Of a stretch of DNA of 51,843 bases, positions 21,930 to 32,859 are shown piece by piece. The position numbers were made by a program, and so were the translations under genes. Every line of letters starts with the position of its first letter. Within the stretch, counting starts at the first letter, position 1. Source of the DNA: an uncultured Prevotella sp. (GTDB taxonomy: Bacteria > Bacteroidota > Bacteroidia > Bacteroidales > Bacteroidaceae); contig CAAFRM010000366.1 of NCBI GenBank assembly GCA_900765465.1, positions 1 through 51,843 of the forward strand, written 5' to 3'. The notes under the pieces were generated by a model, which worked only from the letters and a program-made list of their open reading frames with translations, had not been told where the DNA came from and ran no database searches.

Positions 21930-22703
21930 TTATATTCTATTCTCCAACCAGGCATCAATGAGTTTGCGGGCAATCGATAATTTCTCCGGCAGAATAGGGA
22001 GATTGTCCTTGCTGAACCATTTGCCACGGGAAAGCTCTTCTTTCTGAAGATGAATCTCACCATCTACATATTCGGCTGTATATCCTACCATCAAGCCACT
22101 TGGGAACGGCCATGGCTGTGAACCGAAATACTTGAGATTTTTGATGGTCAGACCGGTTTCTTCCATCACCTCACGATGAACAGCTTCCTCCAGACTTTCA
22201 CCTGTTTCCACAAAACCGGCTACCAGGGAATCGAAGTTACCCTTGAAGTTGCGGGCATGAACCAGCAGCACCTGATCGCCCTTCTTGATAAGAACGATGA
22301 TGGCTGTAGCGAGAGAGGGCCAGACAGACTTGCCACACTCGGTACACTTCTTACTGATATCTGTTGACATCTTCATCGGTGAACCGCATACCCCGCAAAA
22401 CTGGGTGTTCATATCCCAATAGTTCAGTTCCTGACATTTTCCAGCCTTCTGATACAACTCTGGGGAGAGTTTGTAAAAGCTAGGGCGCAAACCGCACATC
22501 TCATATTTCGGATTGTCGGTTACGGGCTCTGGAATGGTAAAAGTCTTCACTTCCGTACCGTCATTCATCGGTGTGATGTTGAGGATATGGGTCCAAGGCT
22601 TGGTTGCTATCGGACTTTCCTCACTACATGGAATCGTATAGGTTCCATCTTCTCTCTTCTCGAGCAAGATATCTGTCTTGCAAAATATAAACCAATACTT
22701 CAT
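21930..22703 (-). CDS. nudC: NAD(+)/NADH diphosphatase
   Basis: Zinc ribbon FCGVCG...CTECG, Nudix box AGFVETGESLEEAVHREVMEETG and SQPWPFPS signature. Confidence 0.92.
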   Translation of the reverse strand: MKYWFIFCKTDILLEKREDGTYTIPCSEESPIATKPWTHILNITPMNDGTEVKTFTIPEPVTDNPKYEMCGLRPSFYKLSPELYQKAGKCQELNYWDMNTQFCGVCGSPMKMSTDISKKCTECGKSVWPSLATAIIVLIKKGDQVLLVHARNFKGNFDSLVAGFVETGESLEEAVHREVMEETGLTIKNLKYFGSQPWPFPSGLMVGYTAEYVDGEIHLQKEELSRGKWFSKDNLPILPEKLSIARKLIDAWLENRI

Positions 22704-22708
22704 TCTTT

Positions 22709-22741
22709 ACTTTGAACTTTGAATATTGAACTTTGAACTTT
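22709..22741. repeat. Heptamer tandem repeat (ACTTTGA)x~4.5
   Basis: ACTTTGA ACTTTGA ATATTGA ACTTTGA ACTTT immediately upstream of the nudC start. Confidence 0.8.
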
Positions 22742-22790
22742 ATGATATGCTTTGACGGGTAGTTCCCAGCGGCTTTTGGGGACTAGTGGG

Positions 22791-24554
22791 CTATTGCTTT
22801 TTTCCAAAAAGCAATTCATAGTCGCGCTGGGCAGCAGGCTTGGTCCATGCTTCCGGCACAAACTTCCAGTTGTTGTTTGGCTTGGCATCTACGGTTCCCA
22901 TCTTTTCGATGGCCTCCATCAGATAGTAACGCTGGTCGCGCTCACTGCGATAGATGATTCTACTATCCAGACTATCCTTTGGAATACCGGCACCACGGGT
23001 GAGGAGCTCTCCGCCGCCATTGCCACGATAACTGTTCACTGCCACCTTATACCACTTCTTTTCATCGAAAGGCTGGCCATTGCTCATACGCAGAATCTTC
23101 ACCTTCTCGCCGTTTGGTTTGGTAACATCCACCTCATAATCAATACCGGCAGCACTGTCAAAATTGAAGGAGAGGTTCTTGAAGCCCAGACGCTGCTGAT
23201 CGCCCTTGGTCTGGGTATCGAGCAGGAGCAGATGGTCTTCAGGACTCTTCATCGTATTCACCCAGAGATCATAGCTCATCTCCAGATGCTTGCGGATCTC
23301 CTCTCCGGTAAGGCGCATCACGTAGAGCTGATTCTCGTATTTATAGAGATTGAACATGTCACCAACGTAGATAGGTCCCGCCTGGATGGTAGAATTAAAC
23401 TGGAGGGGCGCATTGAAGGCAATATCAGCATTCGTGATCTGTAGCTGAAGGTTGAGGATGAAGTCATTGAAGGCGCAGCTGCCGAAGAAAGACTCGCGGC
23501 TATGGATGGTATTCTTGAAATTACCAATCTGCTTGCTGACAAACTTGTTGATTTCTGCAATCTGAGGCTCGAATGCCTTCATGAAATCCTCATCAATAGG
23601 ACATTTTGTCACATCTGGCAGACTGCCAACTATCTTCTTGTCTGTCACAACATACTGTTTTTTGCCATTCACCTTCTTCTTGTTCAGGGTAATGGTCACC
23701 TCGGCATCTGCCACATTCAGTGCATTATTGGCAGGGTCGAGACACACCACAGGCTTACCTTCAACATTCAGGATCGTCTCATTGCAACGGGTATGGTCAT
23801 GACCGAAGAGTACCATGTCGAAGCCTGGCACCTCCTTTGCTACCCGCAGGGAGGCATCCTCCTCATATTCGGGAGTAACAATACCGCCATCCTTACCGCT
23901 GTGGAAGACACCAATGACAACGTCCGGCTTCTCCTTCTCCTGGATAATCTTCATCCATTTACGGGCACTGGTCACCATATTCTCAAACTTCATTCCGCTC
24001 CAGAGATTCTCTGTCAGCCAGTTAGGAATAGCTGGAGTCAACATACCGAGAACGGCTATCTTCACACCCTCACGGTTCAGGATGATATAAGGCTTCACAT
24101 AAGGCTTACCGGTCTTGGTATCAATGATATTGGCACCCAGCACCGGACAGTTTAACTCCTTAATCCACTTATCGTAAACCGCATGACCGGTCTCTACATC
24201 GTGATTACCGAAAGCCTGGGCATCATACTTCATATAGTTGACTACATCAGCTGCCACATTGCGAGCCTGGGTGTTGACATAATTATAGAAATAGCAGGTA
24301 GGTTGTCCCTGAAGGATATCGCCATTCTCCAGGAGGATGACATTGTCCTTATAGGTCTTGCGCAGATCGTTTACATAAGAGGATACGCGTGCCAGGGTTC
24401 CTGCCTTCGGTTTGCGATTGATGAAATCGTATGGGAAGAAAGAACCATGTACATCACTCGTCTGAATCACTCTGAGTTTGACGGTGCGCTGCTGTGCCAT
24501 TGCCTGCGAATTAAAAGTGAGCGCCAAGAGGAGCGCTGCGAATAACTGTTTCAT
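22791..24554 (-). CDS. Bifunctional metallophosphatase/5'-nucleotidase (CpdB-like)
   Basis: Signal peptide from ATG 24554; TSDVHG, NGDILQG, GNHD, GHDH and YKYENQL. Confidence 0.9.
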   Translation of the reverse strand: MKQLFAALLLALTFNSQAMAQQRTVKLRVIQTSDVHGSFFPYDFINRKPKAGTLARVSSYVNDLRKTYKDNVILLENGDILQGQPTCYFYNYVNTQARNVAADVVNYMKYDAQAFGNHDVETGHAVYDKWIKELNCPVLGANIIDTKTGKPYVKPYIILNREGVKIAVLGMLTPAIPNWLTENLWSGMKFENMVTSARKWMKIIQEKEKPDVVIGVFHSGKDGGIVTPEYEEDASLRVAKEVPGFDMVLFGHDHTRCNETILNVEGKPVVCLDPANNALNVADAEVTITLNKKKVNGKKQYVVTDKKIVGSLPDVTKCPIDEDFMKAFEPQIAEINKFVSKQIGNFKNTIHSRESFFGSCAFNDFILNLQLQITNADIAFNAPLQFNSTIQAGPIYVGDMFNLYKYENQLYVMRLTGEEIRKHLEMSYDLWVNTMKSPEDHLLLLDTQTKGDQQRLGFKNLSFNFDSAAGIDYEVDVTKPNGEKVKILRMSNGQPFDEKKWYKVAVNSYRGNGGGELLTRGAGIPKDSLDSRIIYRSERDQRYYLMEAIEKMGTVDAKPNNNWKFVPEAWTKPAAQRDYELLFGKKQ

Positions 24555-24665
24555 ACTTTTTCTCGATTTTTTTGTTTCAACTGCAAAATTACAAAAAAGT
24601 TGGCAATTACGGCATACTTTTTGTTGGATTCTTATAAAAATCATAAAAATAGGAGGTATTATACT

Positions 24666-25445
24666 ATGGCATTTGTAGATTATTACAAGATTCTCGGTGT
24701 AGATAAGAACATCCCGCAGAAGGATGTGCGCGCTGCATATCGCAAGCGTGCTAAACAGTTTCATCCGGATTTGCATCCTAACGACCCAAAGGCAAAGGCT
24801 AAGTTCCAGGCGCTGAACGAGGCGTATGAGGTGATTTCCGATCCGGAAAAGCGTGCTAAGTACGACCAGTACGGCGAACAGTGGAAGAATGTAGGAGGCT
24901 TCGGTGGTGGAGGCTATGATGGAGGTGCCGGCGGAGGTGCCGCTGGTGGAAATCCATTCGAAGGCTTCGACTTCAGTGGCTTCGGTGGTGGAGGAGGCGG
25001 TTTCTCCAGCTTCTTCGAAAATCTCTTCGGCGGAGGTCGTGCCCGCGGTTCACAAGGTGCCGGTTTCGGTGGCTTTGGTGGATTCGGCGGAGCAGGTGCT
25101 GGTTTCGGTGCCGGTGCTGAATATGGTACAGGCGGATGTAACGGCGGCTGCGGTGGTCATAGCGCCAGAACGAATACGGGCGAGATGAACATGAATGTGA
25201 ATATCGACATGTACACCGCACTGCTCGGTGGTGAGGGTATCATCACATTGAGCAATGGTTCAAAGATTAAACTGAAGATCAAACCGGAAACCCAGAACGG
25301 TACCAAGGTACGTGTTCGCGGCAAGGGTTATGACAGAGGTGATGGAACCTTCGGTGATCTGATGATTACCTATAACGTGAAGTTGCCTACTGGTCTGAAT
25401 GAAAAACAGAAGGAATTGCTCCGACAGATGAAGGAAGCAAAGTAA
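24666..25445 (+). CDS. DnaJ/CbpA-type J-domain protein
   Basis: DYYKILGV and HPD motif, long G/F-rich linker, partial DnaJ_C (LLGGEG, VRGKG, GDL); no CxxCxGxG zinc finger. Confidence 0.88.
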   Translation: MAFVDYYKILGVDKNIPQKDVRAAYRKRAKQFHPDLHPNDPKAKAKFQALNEAYEVISDPEKRAKYDQYGEQWKNVGGFGGGGYDGGAGGGAAGGNPFEGFDFSGFGGGGGGFSSFFENLFGGGRARGSQGAGFGGFGGFGGAGAGFGAGAEYGTGGCNGGCGGHSARTNTGEMNMNVNIDMYTALLGGEGIITLSNGSKIKLKIKPETQNGTKVRVRGKGYDRGDGTFGDLMITYNVKLPTGLNEKQKELLRQMKEAK

Positions 25446-25450
25446 AAGGA

Positions 25451-25498
25451 AAAAAGAAAGCTCCGATGGAATCAACAAACCATCGGAGCTTTCTTTTT
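25451..25498. terminator. Bidirectional intrinsic terminator
   Basis: AAAAAGAAAGCTCCGATGG...CCATCGGAGCTTTCTTTTT 19-bp perfect inverted repeat between convergent genes. Confidence 0.85.
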
Positions 25499-25567
25499 AT
25501 ATTGTTTTTGAATCTTATGATTCTTTTATATTGTTTTAGAACTACGAATCTTTTAATCAGAACAATT

Positions 25568-26854
25568 CTATTGCTGTGGCTCAGAAACCTTGTTCATATT
25601 GAAGGCAGAAACTTTGCCATCAGGTGAAACAACTGCAGAAATCTTAAAGAGTTGTTCCTTCTTGGTGCCATCTGTCAAATCTACGTCTTGACGGGCAGAG
25701 AACTGTACCTGATACTCATATTCCTCATCGCCAACCTCGCGCTTCTTGATCTGGTAGTCGTTGTTGATGTGCCAGTTCATATTGGCTACATTATCTTTAT
25801 AAAGCTTGTCCATAAAGGTAACGACATCTGCCTTGGTAGCCGAGTTCTTGCCAAGCAAAGATGAGAGAATATCCTCGCAGGTAGCTGTTAATCCATCTGC
25901 ATTATGGGAATTGATGCTCTGGAAGAACTGACGGAACAATCCGCTCACCATCTGCTTTTCTTCTGGCTGGAGGTCACGGCTCTTCACCTTCTTCAGGGCA
26001 TTTTCTGCTTCTTCGATATGAGCACCATCTGTATGAGCATTCAGGTATGCCTGGTAGGCATCAGCTGTATCTGCAGCCTTAGCTACATTCCAGTCGAGGG
26101 AATCTATTTTTAGCAAAGCTTCCTGTTTGTGCAAACTGTTAGGATACTTCTGGAGATATGCTTCCAAAGCTTCTTTCGATCCGCTCACTACCGCATTGGT
26201 CCAATCCTGGTCGTTCTGTTTCAACAGGTCTAGATGAGCCATGATGGAATCGCGATGTGCTTCATCCGCATCCTTGTAGGTATCGAGATAACTCTGCAGT
26301 ACCATCGGATCGCTGCTTTGCATCGCATACTCATAAGCTTCCATCTCCTTGTTGCGATTGGCACTGTCGTAGAAGTAATACATAATGCCACACGCCAAGA
26401 CAGCAAAGATGAATGAGATGATGAAGATAGAGCGGGTGTTCTTTTTCTTCTGTGGTTCCTGAGGAGTATTGCCCTCTCCGCCATCATTTCCGCTCGCAGT
26501 AACACCAGGACGACGTACAGGAGGTACTGGTGGGACAGGAGGGGTTGGAGGGACAGTCTGAGAAGTAGAAGATACTACTTGAGAAGTCGAAGGAATCTCT
26601 GAAGCTGGAGAAGATACCGGAGACGGAGATGCAACCGGTGTTGGATCTTTTACAGCTGCAGATGATGCAACAGGATGCGCAACACCCACTGCTATCTCAT
26701 GGCAGTTTGGGCACATCTCCTGACTGCTGAAATAAACCTCACCGCAATGAGGGCATTTAGTGATTTTTCCAGCTATCTCAACGCCACAACTAGGACAGGT
26801 TGGAGCCTTGTCACTGATCTGGCGGCCACATTCTGGACATTTAATAATTGCCAT
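25568..26854 (-). CDS. Double zinc-ribbon membrane protein
   Basis: CPECG/CPSCG/CPHCG/CPNC, P/S-rich linker, single TM, YLxxYP helical repeats and a C-terminal domain. Confidence 0.8.
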   Translation of the reverse strand: MAIIKCPECGRQISDKAPTCPSCGVEIAGKITKCPHCGEVYFSSQEMCPNCHEIAVGVAHPVASSAAVKDPTPVASPSPVSSPASEIPSTSQVVSSTSQTVPPTPPVPPVPPVRRPGVTASGNDGGEGNTPQEPQKKKNTRSIFIISFIFAVLACGIMYYFYDSANRNKEMEAYEYAMQSSDPMVLQSYLDTYKDADEAHRDSIMAHLDLLKQNDQDWTNAVVSGSKEALEAYLQKYPNSLHKQEALLKIDSLDWNVAKAADTADAYQAYLNAHTDGAHIEEAENALKKVKSRDLQPEEKQMVSGLFRQFFQSINSHNADGLTATCEDILSSLLGKNSATKADVVTFMDKLYKDNVANMNWHINNDYQIKKREVGDEEYEYQVQFSARQDVDLTDGTKKEQLFKISAVVSPDGKVSAFNMNKVSEPQQ

Positions 26855-26943
26855 AGTTTTATTTAAAGTTTATATTTTACTAAAAATGATTCATATTTCT
26901 ATGCTTTCAGACGATATTCACTCTTTACCTTAAAACTAATCAT

Positions 26944-26977
26944 AAAGTTCAAAGCTCCAAGTTCAAAGTTCAAAGTT
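26944..26977. repeat. Heptamer tandem repeat (AAAGTTC)x~5
   Basis: Same heptamer family as 22709, in the opposite orientation. Confidence 0.75.
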
Positions 26978-26985
26978 ACAAAGCC

Positions 26986-27672
26986 TTATCTGTGTCTGAA
27001 TCTAATCTCTCTCAATCGATGCCTGCCCATGAATCTGCTCTTATCCACGTAGCCATTGATACCGTTCAGCTTTCCCTTACCGGTATATTGCCACATTTCA
27101 AAGTCTCTTCCATCCTTGAGCACTGGTTCTCGCTTGGTATATTGTGCTATCATCAGTTTGTAACTGTCGAGCTTTCCCAAGAGATAATGGTCATAGAAGT
27201 TGGCACCCGTATAGATGAGCGGTTTCTGTCTGTATGCCTTTTCCACGAGATGCAGGAACTTGAAGAGTGAGTCGCAAAACTCCTCTGTCTCCAAACCACT
27301 CTTGGTCTCTACGTCAATCATAGGCAAGAGATCCTGGTCGCCCGGTCGGCATTGAGCCATGAAATTCTCCAACTGGGTCTTCTGCGGAATACGGGCACGG
27401 TAAAAGTGGTATGAACCCACCTTGAGTCCATATCTATGCGCCAGATCTATATTCTGCTTATATTTGCTATCTACATTGGTTCCACCTTCGGTAGCCTTCA
27501 GATAGACATACGCCATCTTGGAGTTATCGCCCACCGTTTCCCAGAACACATTGCCCTGATAGTGGCTGAGGTCTATGCCATGCACATGACTGCAGGTATC
27601 CTCGCATTGCACCTGCGCACTTGCGCATAGTGTTATAATAGATGATATTATTGTTATACAAAATCGTTTCAT
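26986..27672 (-). CDS. GH25 family lysozyme (muramidase)
   Basis: Signal peptide; GIDLSHYQG, KATEG, GSYHF, PMIDVE and WQYT...GINGYVD. Confidence 0.92.
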   Translation of the reverse strand: MKRFCITIISSIITLCASAQVQCEDTCSHVHGIDLSHYQGNVFWETVGDNSKMAYVYLKATEGGTNVDSKYKQNIDLAHRYGLKVGSYHFYRARIPQKTQLENFMAQCRPGDQDLLPMIDVETKSGLETEEFCDSLFKFLHLVEKAYRQKPLIYTGANFYDHYLLGKLDSYKLMIAQYTKREPVLKDGRDFEMWQYTGKGKLNGINGYVDKSRFMGRHRLREIRFRHR

Positions 27673-27739
27673 AGATGCAAAGGTACGAAAATCGCTTGAA
27701 ATTCGTCACAGAGTATGCTTATTTTTTATATATTTTATA

Positions 27740-28435
27740 TTATTCTTCGATTTCTGAGAGCGAGCGGTAGAAGTTATTGCAGAAATTGCTGATAGTTTCT
27801 ATGGGCGCATATTCCAGATACCGCATACTGCGGCGCAGGTTTTTGCGCATCGTGCCACCGGTGGTGCGAACGAATCCAGCCTGGGTCTGCTCGAATAAAA
27901 TTTCCTGCTGATCGAGACTGTTATAATAAAGCGAACGGAGGGTCAGCTTGTAGGCACCACGTTCTACACGGCGCACGAAAGGTATCTCATCCTGTTCAAA
28001 TTCGAAGAAAAGGATAAGTACACTGCCCTGCAACTGCGCCATACGCTGGATGCGGAGCTTGCGCAGCCATTTTTCCAGTTTTACGAAATCTACCTTGTCG
28101 CCCTTGGTGCGCAGGTAGTTTCCCATCTCGATGATGCCGCCAAGATTAACGCCATTGGCTAATATTCCATTGATATTGGATACGATGATGCGAAGTAAGT
28201 GGATGGTCTCGATAGAGGTGTCGATGGCATGACGCTCGTTTTCCTGTATGCTGGCTAAACGTCGGTTCAGGAAACCATTGTTCATGCGTACTTCACCCGC
28301 AGGCACATCGCTGAGGTTCTTCATCATCTGGGCTATCTTCTTCTGCTTGAAGGTAGTCATCGGTTCCATCTCCTCCTTCGTATGGAAGTGGTCGGAACGC
28401 AGCTTGACAAAAAGGTTTCTCTGCAAAAAATCCAT
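27740..28435 (-). CDS. Conserved hypothetical protein (possibly derived from a nucleotidyltransferase family)
   Basis: 231-aa ORF in a co-oriented run; weak resemblance only (GVNLGGI...YLR...DKVDF). Confidence 0.6.
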   Translation of the reverse strand: MDFLQRNLFVKLRSDHFHTKEEMEPMTTFKQKKIAQMMKNLSDVPAGEVRMNNGFLNRRLASIQENERHAIDTSIETIHLLRIIVSNINGILANGVNLGGIIEMGNYLRTKGDKVDFVKLEKWLRKLRIQRMAQLQGSVLILFFEFEQDEIPFVRRVERGAYKLTLRSLYYNSLDQQEILFEQTQAGFVRTTGGTMRKNLRRSMRYLEYAPIETISNFCNNFYRSLSEIEE

Positions 28436-28483
28436 CGTGCATTCATTTTAAAGTTAAACAATTGATAATAAGCCACTTCCTTC

Positions 28484-29794
28484 CTAGCTATATCGCTTCG
28501 GGTAACGAAATAGTATCGAAAACAGTGCAGCTAAACCGATAGCCAGAGGATAATAGAGGTATGGAAGGATATCCATCGGACTCAGATTGGCAAGACCTGC
28601 TGCCAGAAGCATCTGTACTCCGTATGGTATCAAGCCCTGAACCGTACAGGAGAAAGTATCGAGGATACTGGCTGCCTTGCGGTTATCTACTCCAAACTTA
28701 TCACCGATTTTCTTGGCTATGTTGCCTACCGTGAGGATGGCAACCGTATTGTTGGCAGTACATACATTGACCATGGAAACCAGTGCAGCAATAGACAGTT
28801 CGGCTCCTCGCTTGTTGCTGACGTGAGCCGTAATCTTGTCGATGATATAATTGATACCGCCATTCTCACGGATGATTTCGAGCATGCCACCCGCCATCAT
28901 TGCGATGATGACCAGTTCGCCCATACCGATGATTCCGTTACCCATGGCTGAGAACCAGCCGAAGAGATCGTAACCTCCGGTAGCACCCAGAAGCTGACAG
29001 CTTATACCAATCACACCACAGAGCAATGTTCCCATCGTAAGAACCGCCATCACATTCATACCCGCCACAGCAGTGACAAGTACTACCAGATAAGGGAGCA
29101 CCTTGACATATTCAACCTCCGGAATATCAGTAGGTGCCTGCAGACCGATACCCATCACGGCATAGATAGCCAGTACAATAACGGCGGCAGGTACTACGAT
29201 AAGGGAGTTGACACGGAACTTATCGCTCATCTTGCAATTCTGAGTCTGGGTAGCTACTACCGTGGTATCAGAGATAAAGGAGAGATTATCTCCAAAATAA
29301 GCTCCACCAACGATGATAGCCGTCATCATACCTGTATTAACGTCCATGGAGTGGGCGAGTCCCGCAGCTATCGGCACAAGTGCCACAACGGTACCTACAC
29401 TTGTTCCGATGGATACGGAGATAAAGCAGGCTGCCAGAAACAGTCCCGGCAGAATCATGCTGGCGGGAAGAATGCTGAGTGCAAGATTGACTGTTGCATC
29501 GACAGCTCCCATCGCCTTAGCCGAAGCTGCGAAGGAACCTGCCAATACATATATCCACAGCATGAGCATCAGATTGTTAGCGCCGGCACCCTTGCTATAG
29601 GTATCTACACGACTCTTGATGGGCATACCACCAGAAATCGCTATGGCATAGATACTGGAGATCATAAATGCCACGGTGAGCGACAAATTGGTATCCTTAT
29701 GACTGGCATCTACCGAATAGACAGTGAATGCCACGATGAGGACAATCAACAAAAACAATGGCGACAACGCCAACAATCCTTTCTTATTACTCAT
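28484..29794 (-). CDS. NhaC family Na+/H+ antiporter / amino acid transporter
   Basis: Polytopic membrane protein; SIGTSVGT, GGAYFGDNLSFISDTT and ASILD motifs. Confidence 0.88.
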   Translation of the reverse strand: MSNKKGLLALSPLFLLIVLIVAFTVYSVDASHKDTNLSLTVAFMISSIYAIAISGGMPIKSRVDTYSKGAGANNLMLMLWIYVLAGSFAASAKAMGAVDATVNLALSILPASMILPGLFLAACFISVSIGTSVGTVVALVPIAAGLAHSMDVNTGMMTAIIVGGAYFGDNLSFISDTTVVATQTQNCKMSDKFRVNSLIVVPAAVIVLAIYAVMGIGLQAPTDIPEVEYVKVLPYLVVLVTAVAGMNVMAVLTMGTLLCGVIGISCQLLGATGGYDLFGWFSAMGNGIIGMGELVIIAMMAGGMLEIIRENGGINYIIDKITAHVSNKRGAELSIAALVSMVNVCTANNTVAILTVGNIAKKIGDKFGVDNRKAASILDTFSCTVQGLIPYGVQMLLAAGLANLSPMDILPYLYYPLAIGLAALFSILFRYPKRYS

Positions 29795-29810
29795 GTTTCT
29801 TTTTAAGTTA

Positions 29811-31307
29811 TTACAATGTTACTCCATTCTTGAAAATGGAAATCTCACGATAGCCGTTGTACTCGTTGCGGGCTTCCTCGCCACTGGCAACGGCTATGAT
29901 CTTATCGATGAACCTGTTTACCAACTCCTTCATATCGGTGCCTTCAACCAGTTCTCCGGCATTGAAGTCAATCCAATTTGGCTTGTTCTGGGCAAGCTTG
30001 CTATTGGTTGAAATCTTCATCGTTGGAACGAATGTTCCGAATGGGGTACCACGACCCGTTGTGAAGAGTACAAGCTGACAGCCTGCTGAAGCCAATGCGG
30101 TTGCTGCCACGAGATCATTACCAGGAGCAGACAAGAGGTTCAGACCTGTTGTCTCCAAACGGTCACCATACTGCAGCACGCCACTGACAGGAGCACGACC
30201 GCACTTCTGGGTACAACCCAGTGCCTTATCTTCCAAAGTAGAGATACCGCCAGCCTTGTTGCCTGGAGAAGGATTCTCGCCAACAGGCTCACCATGACTG
30301 AGGAAGTACTCCTTGAAATCATTGATGAGATGAACGGTCTTGTCGAAGAGTTCCTTATTCTCACAACGGTTCATCAGAATAGTCTCAGCACCAAACATCT
30401 CAGGCACCTCGGTAAGGATGCTGGTTCCGCCCTGAGCAACCAACCAGTCAGAGAATTCACCAACGAGAGGGTTAGCAGTGATACCACTGAAGCCATCAGA
30501 ACCACCACACTTCAAACCTACGCGAAGCTTGCTTACCGGAACCTCCTCACGCTTATCCTCCTTAGCCTTGGCATAAAGATCACGGAGAATCTTCATTCCC
30601 TCTTCGATCTCATCACCCTCAACCTTCTGTGTTACCAGGAGCTTGATGCGATCCTGATCGTAATCGCCCAACATCTTCATGAAGTCGTCAGGCTGATTGT
30701 TCTCACAACCCAATGAGAGAACGAGAACTGCACCAGCGTTCGGATGCAGACAGATATCACGGAGAACCTTGCGGGTGTTCTCGTGGTCGCCGGAAAGCTG
30801 AGAGCAACCAAAATTATGATGCCAAGCGTGGATGGCATCAATGCCCTCACAGCCAGTCTCCTTCTTCAGGAGCTCTACGAGTTTCTCGGCAACACCATTC
30901 ACGCAACCTACGGTTGGCACTACCCACACCTCGTTTCTTACACCTACTTCGCCATTCTTGCGTACATAGCCCTGGAAGGTACGTGATTCCTTGGCAATGT
31001 CCAACTGCTCATCTACTGGATGATAGGTATATTCCAGCGTACCGGCAAGGTTGGTCTTGAGATTGTTCTCATTCACCCATTCACCCTGCTTCAGATTCTG
31101 CTTGGCATGACCGATAGGGTAGCCATACTTGATGATGTTCTGGCCCTCGGCAACATCATCGATGAGCACCTTATGACCAGCTGGAGTATCCTGCAAGAGA
31201 GTGATACTCTTGCCATCCACCTCGATAACCTCGCCCTTCTGCATAGGACGCAAACAAACCACTACCGAGTCGGCAGGGTTAATCTTGATAAAGCTTGATA
31301 GTTTCAT
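29811..31307 (-). CDS. uxaA: Altronate dehydratase
   Basis: SAF domain (PAGHKV, IIKYGYPIG), PTVGCVN, HNFGCSQL, CGGSDGFSGITANP, NPSPGNKAGG and FTTGRG; ORF can extend to 31337. Confidence 0.92.
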   Translation of the reverse strand: MKLSSFIKINPADSVVVCLRPMQKGEVIEVDGKSITLLQDTPAGHKVLIDDVAEGQNIIKYGYPIGHAKQNLKQGEWVNENNLKTNLAGTLEYTYHPVDEQLDIAKESRTFQGYVRKNGEVGVRNEVWVVPTVGCVNGVAEKLVELLKKETGCEGIDAIHAWHHNFGCSQLSGDHENTRKVLRDICLHPNAGAVLVLSLGCENNQPDDFMKMLGDYDQDRIKLLVTQKVEGDEIEEGMKILRDLYAKAKEDKREEVPVSKLRVGLKCGGSDGFSGITANPLVGEFSDWLVAQGGTSILTEVPEMFGAETILMNRCENKELFDKTVHLINDFKEYFLSHGEPVGENPSPGNKAGGISTLEDKALGCTQKCGRAPVSGVLQYGDRLETTGLNLLSAPGNDLVAATALASAGCQLVLFTTGRGTPFGTFVPTMKISTNSKLAQNKPNWIDFNAGELVEGTDMKELVNRFIDKIIAVASGEEARNEYNGYREISIFKNGVTL

Positions 31308-31370
31308 TCTGTAGTTTTGTTTTTGTTTATTTATCATTTATAATTCTATTCTTGTCTCTTCATTTCCGCC

Positions 31371-32435
31371 TTAGATCTGCGTCCTGCGGTAGAAATCGAT
31401 ATTCTCCTTCATCAGCAGCTCAATAGGCATGTAATTCACCGGATTCACCTTCTTCTTGAGAACGATGGCACGGAAGAGGGTATCCACGCAATAGTAGCCC
31501 TGCATATAGGCATGCTGTGCGATGAGGAACGAGATACTGCCCTCGCGCAGACATTTTGCATTCTTGCCCACCATATCATAACCCATGATCTGTACATCAC
31601 GACGATTGGACTTAAGCAGATAATCTCCCACGATATGCGCCTTCGATGTCATTGTTATACAATGATGTGTAGCAGGATGTTCATCAAAGTACTGACCCAG
31701 CATCTTCTGGTACTCGTTGCGGGTTCCATTGAGCGGAAGATCAAGCACATTGATGACAATCTGTGGGAAATGATCGTGCATATAATGACGGAATCCCACC
31801 TCACGGTTATCCTGCTGCTTGCTGACCACATGGCCATCCTTGGTCTGTCTCATCAGCATCACTTCTTTCTCATTGCCCGCAAGCATCATCAGCATCTTGG
31901 CTGCAAAATAGCCAGAGCAGAACGAATCCTGTCCATAGAAGGAGAGAGGGCGCAAGTCTGGCATATAAGAATCGAGAAGGATAAATGGAATACCCTTTTG
32001 ATGCAACTGGTCTGTAAAACCACGTGTCACTTCCAAAGATGATGGTACTATGATAACACCTTCCGGATTGGCATCAAGAATCTCTTGTGAAACAGCCTTG
32101 AAAGAATCCTCACTGGAACGCTCGTAGAATCGAATCTCTAAATCGATATGGAAATCCCGGCGCTGGTCTTCGCACTTTCGGGCACCTTCTTCTATCTCTT
32201 CCCAATAGGCTTCCGATTCATGCTTCGGTATCAGAAGATAAAAAGTATAAGCCTTGTTGTATGCCAATGCACTGGCATACATATTAGGTTGATAATTCAT
32301 TTCCTTGAGCGCTTGTTCCACCTTCTCACGAGCCGGCTTCGACACGTTCGGGCGGTCGTGGAGCACACGGTCCACTGTTCCTACAGATACGCCTGCTCTT
32401 TCGGCGATATCTTTGATTCTGATTCTTTCGGCCAT
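31371..32435 (-). CDS. LacI family transcriptional regulator (hexuronate pathway)
   Basis: IKDIAERAGVSVGTVDRVLH HTH plus periplasmic-binding-fold C-terminus; start MAERI at 32435. Confidence 0.92.
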   Translation of the reverse strand: MAERIRIKDIAERAGVSVGTVDRVLHDRPNVSKPAREKVEQALKEMNYQPNMYASALAYNKAYTFYLLIPKHESEAYWEEIEEGARKCEDQRRDFHIDLEIRFYERSSEDSFKAVSQEILDANPEGVIIVPSSLEVTRGFTDQLHQKGIPFILLDSYMPDLRPLSFYGQDSFCSGYFAAKMLMMLAGNEKEVMLMRQTKDGHVVSKQQDNREVGFRHYMHDHFPQIVINVLDLPLNGTRNEYQKMLGQYFDEHPATHHCITMTSKAHIVGDYLLKSNRRDVQIMGYDMVGKNAKCLREGSISFLIAQHAYMQGYYCVDTLFRAIVLKKKVNPVNYMPIELLMKENIDFYRRTQI

Positions 32436-32528
32436 TGTTTTTAAGTTTATGGTTTGAGCACATCGCACGTACATTATTATATAGTAGGAGACTTTTATCT
32501 AGAAAGACGACAGCGTTCCTTTCATAAC

Positions 32529-32645
32529 TGTGCGCACAAACTGTGCTTTTTTACTATGTTTTGTTGAACTCTGGTTTGTGTGCGGTCACACCATCAGCAT
32601 TCGGGCGCAAATATACAACATTTTTTTGAATTGTGCGAATGCACA
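32529..32645. promoter_or_regulatory. Candidate LacI-type operators
   Basis: Palindromes TGTGCGCACA (32529), TGTGCGGTCACA (32579) and TGTGCGAATGCACA (32632) between the divergent LacI and kdgK genes. Confidence 0.5.
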
Positions 32646-32748
32646 GCTCTTTTTTTGCACAAAAATCGAAAAAAAAGGAGAAAAAAAGGGGAAAAGTGAG
32701 AAAAATACGAAAAAATAGGGCGATAAATGAAAAAAACTGCGATTAAAT

Positions 32749-32779
32749 TTTGGTATTCGAGAAATTATAGCTATTTTTG
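32749..32779 (+). promoter_or_regulatory. Promoter for the kdgK-eda operon
   Basis: TTTG at 32749-32752 and TATTTTTG at 32772-32779. Confidence 0.6.
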
Positions 32780-32859
32780 CCAACGGTTACGGACAACTAC
32801 AACAAAATTGTCTATTAGTAAACAAACAACAAAAACAAAGAAATTAAAACTATCAAACA

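Noticed and set aside
24555..24776. N-terminal extensions of the nucleotidase and DnaJ ORFs
   Set aside because: They overlap each other head-to-head; the signal peptide and J-domain starts place the ATGs at 24554 and 24666
26986..27672. GH25 as a phage endolysin
   Set aside because: It has a signal peptide and sits among housekeeping genes with no holin or phage context
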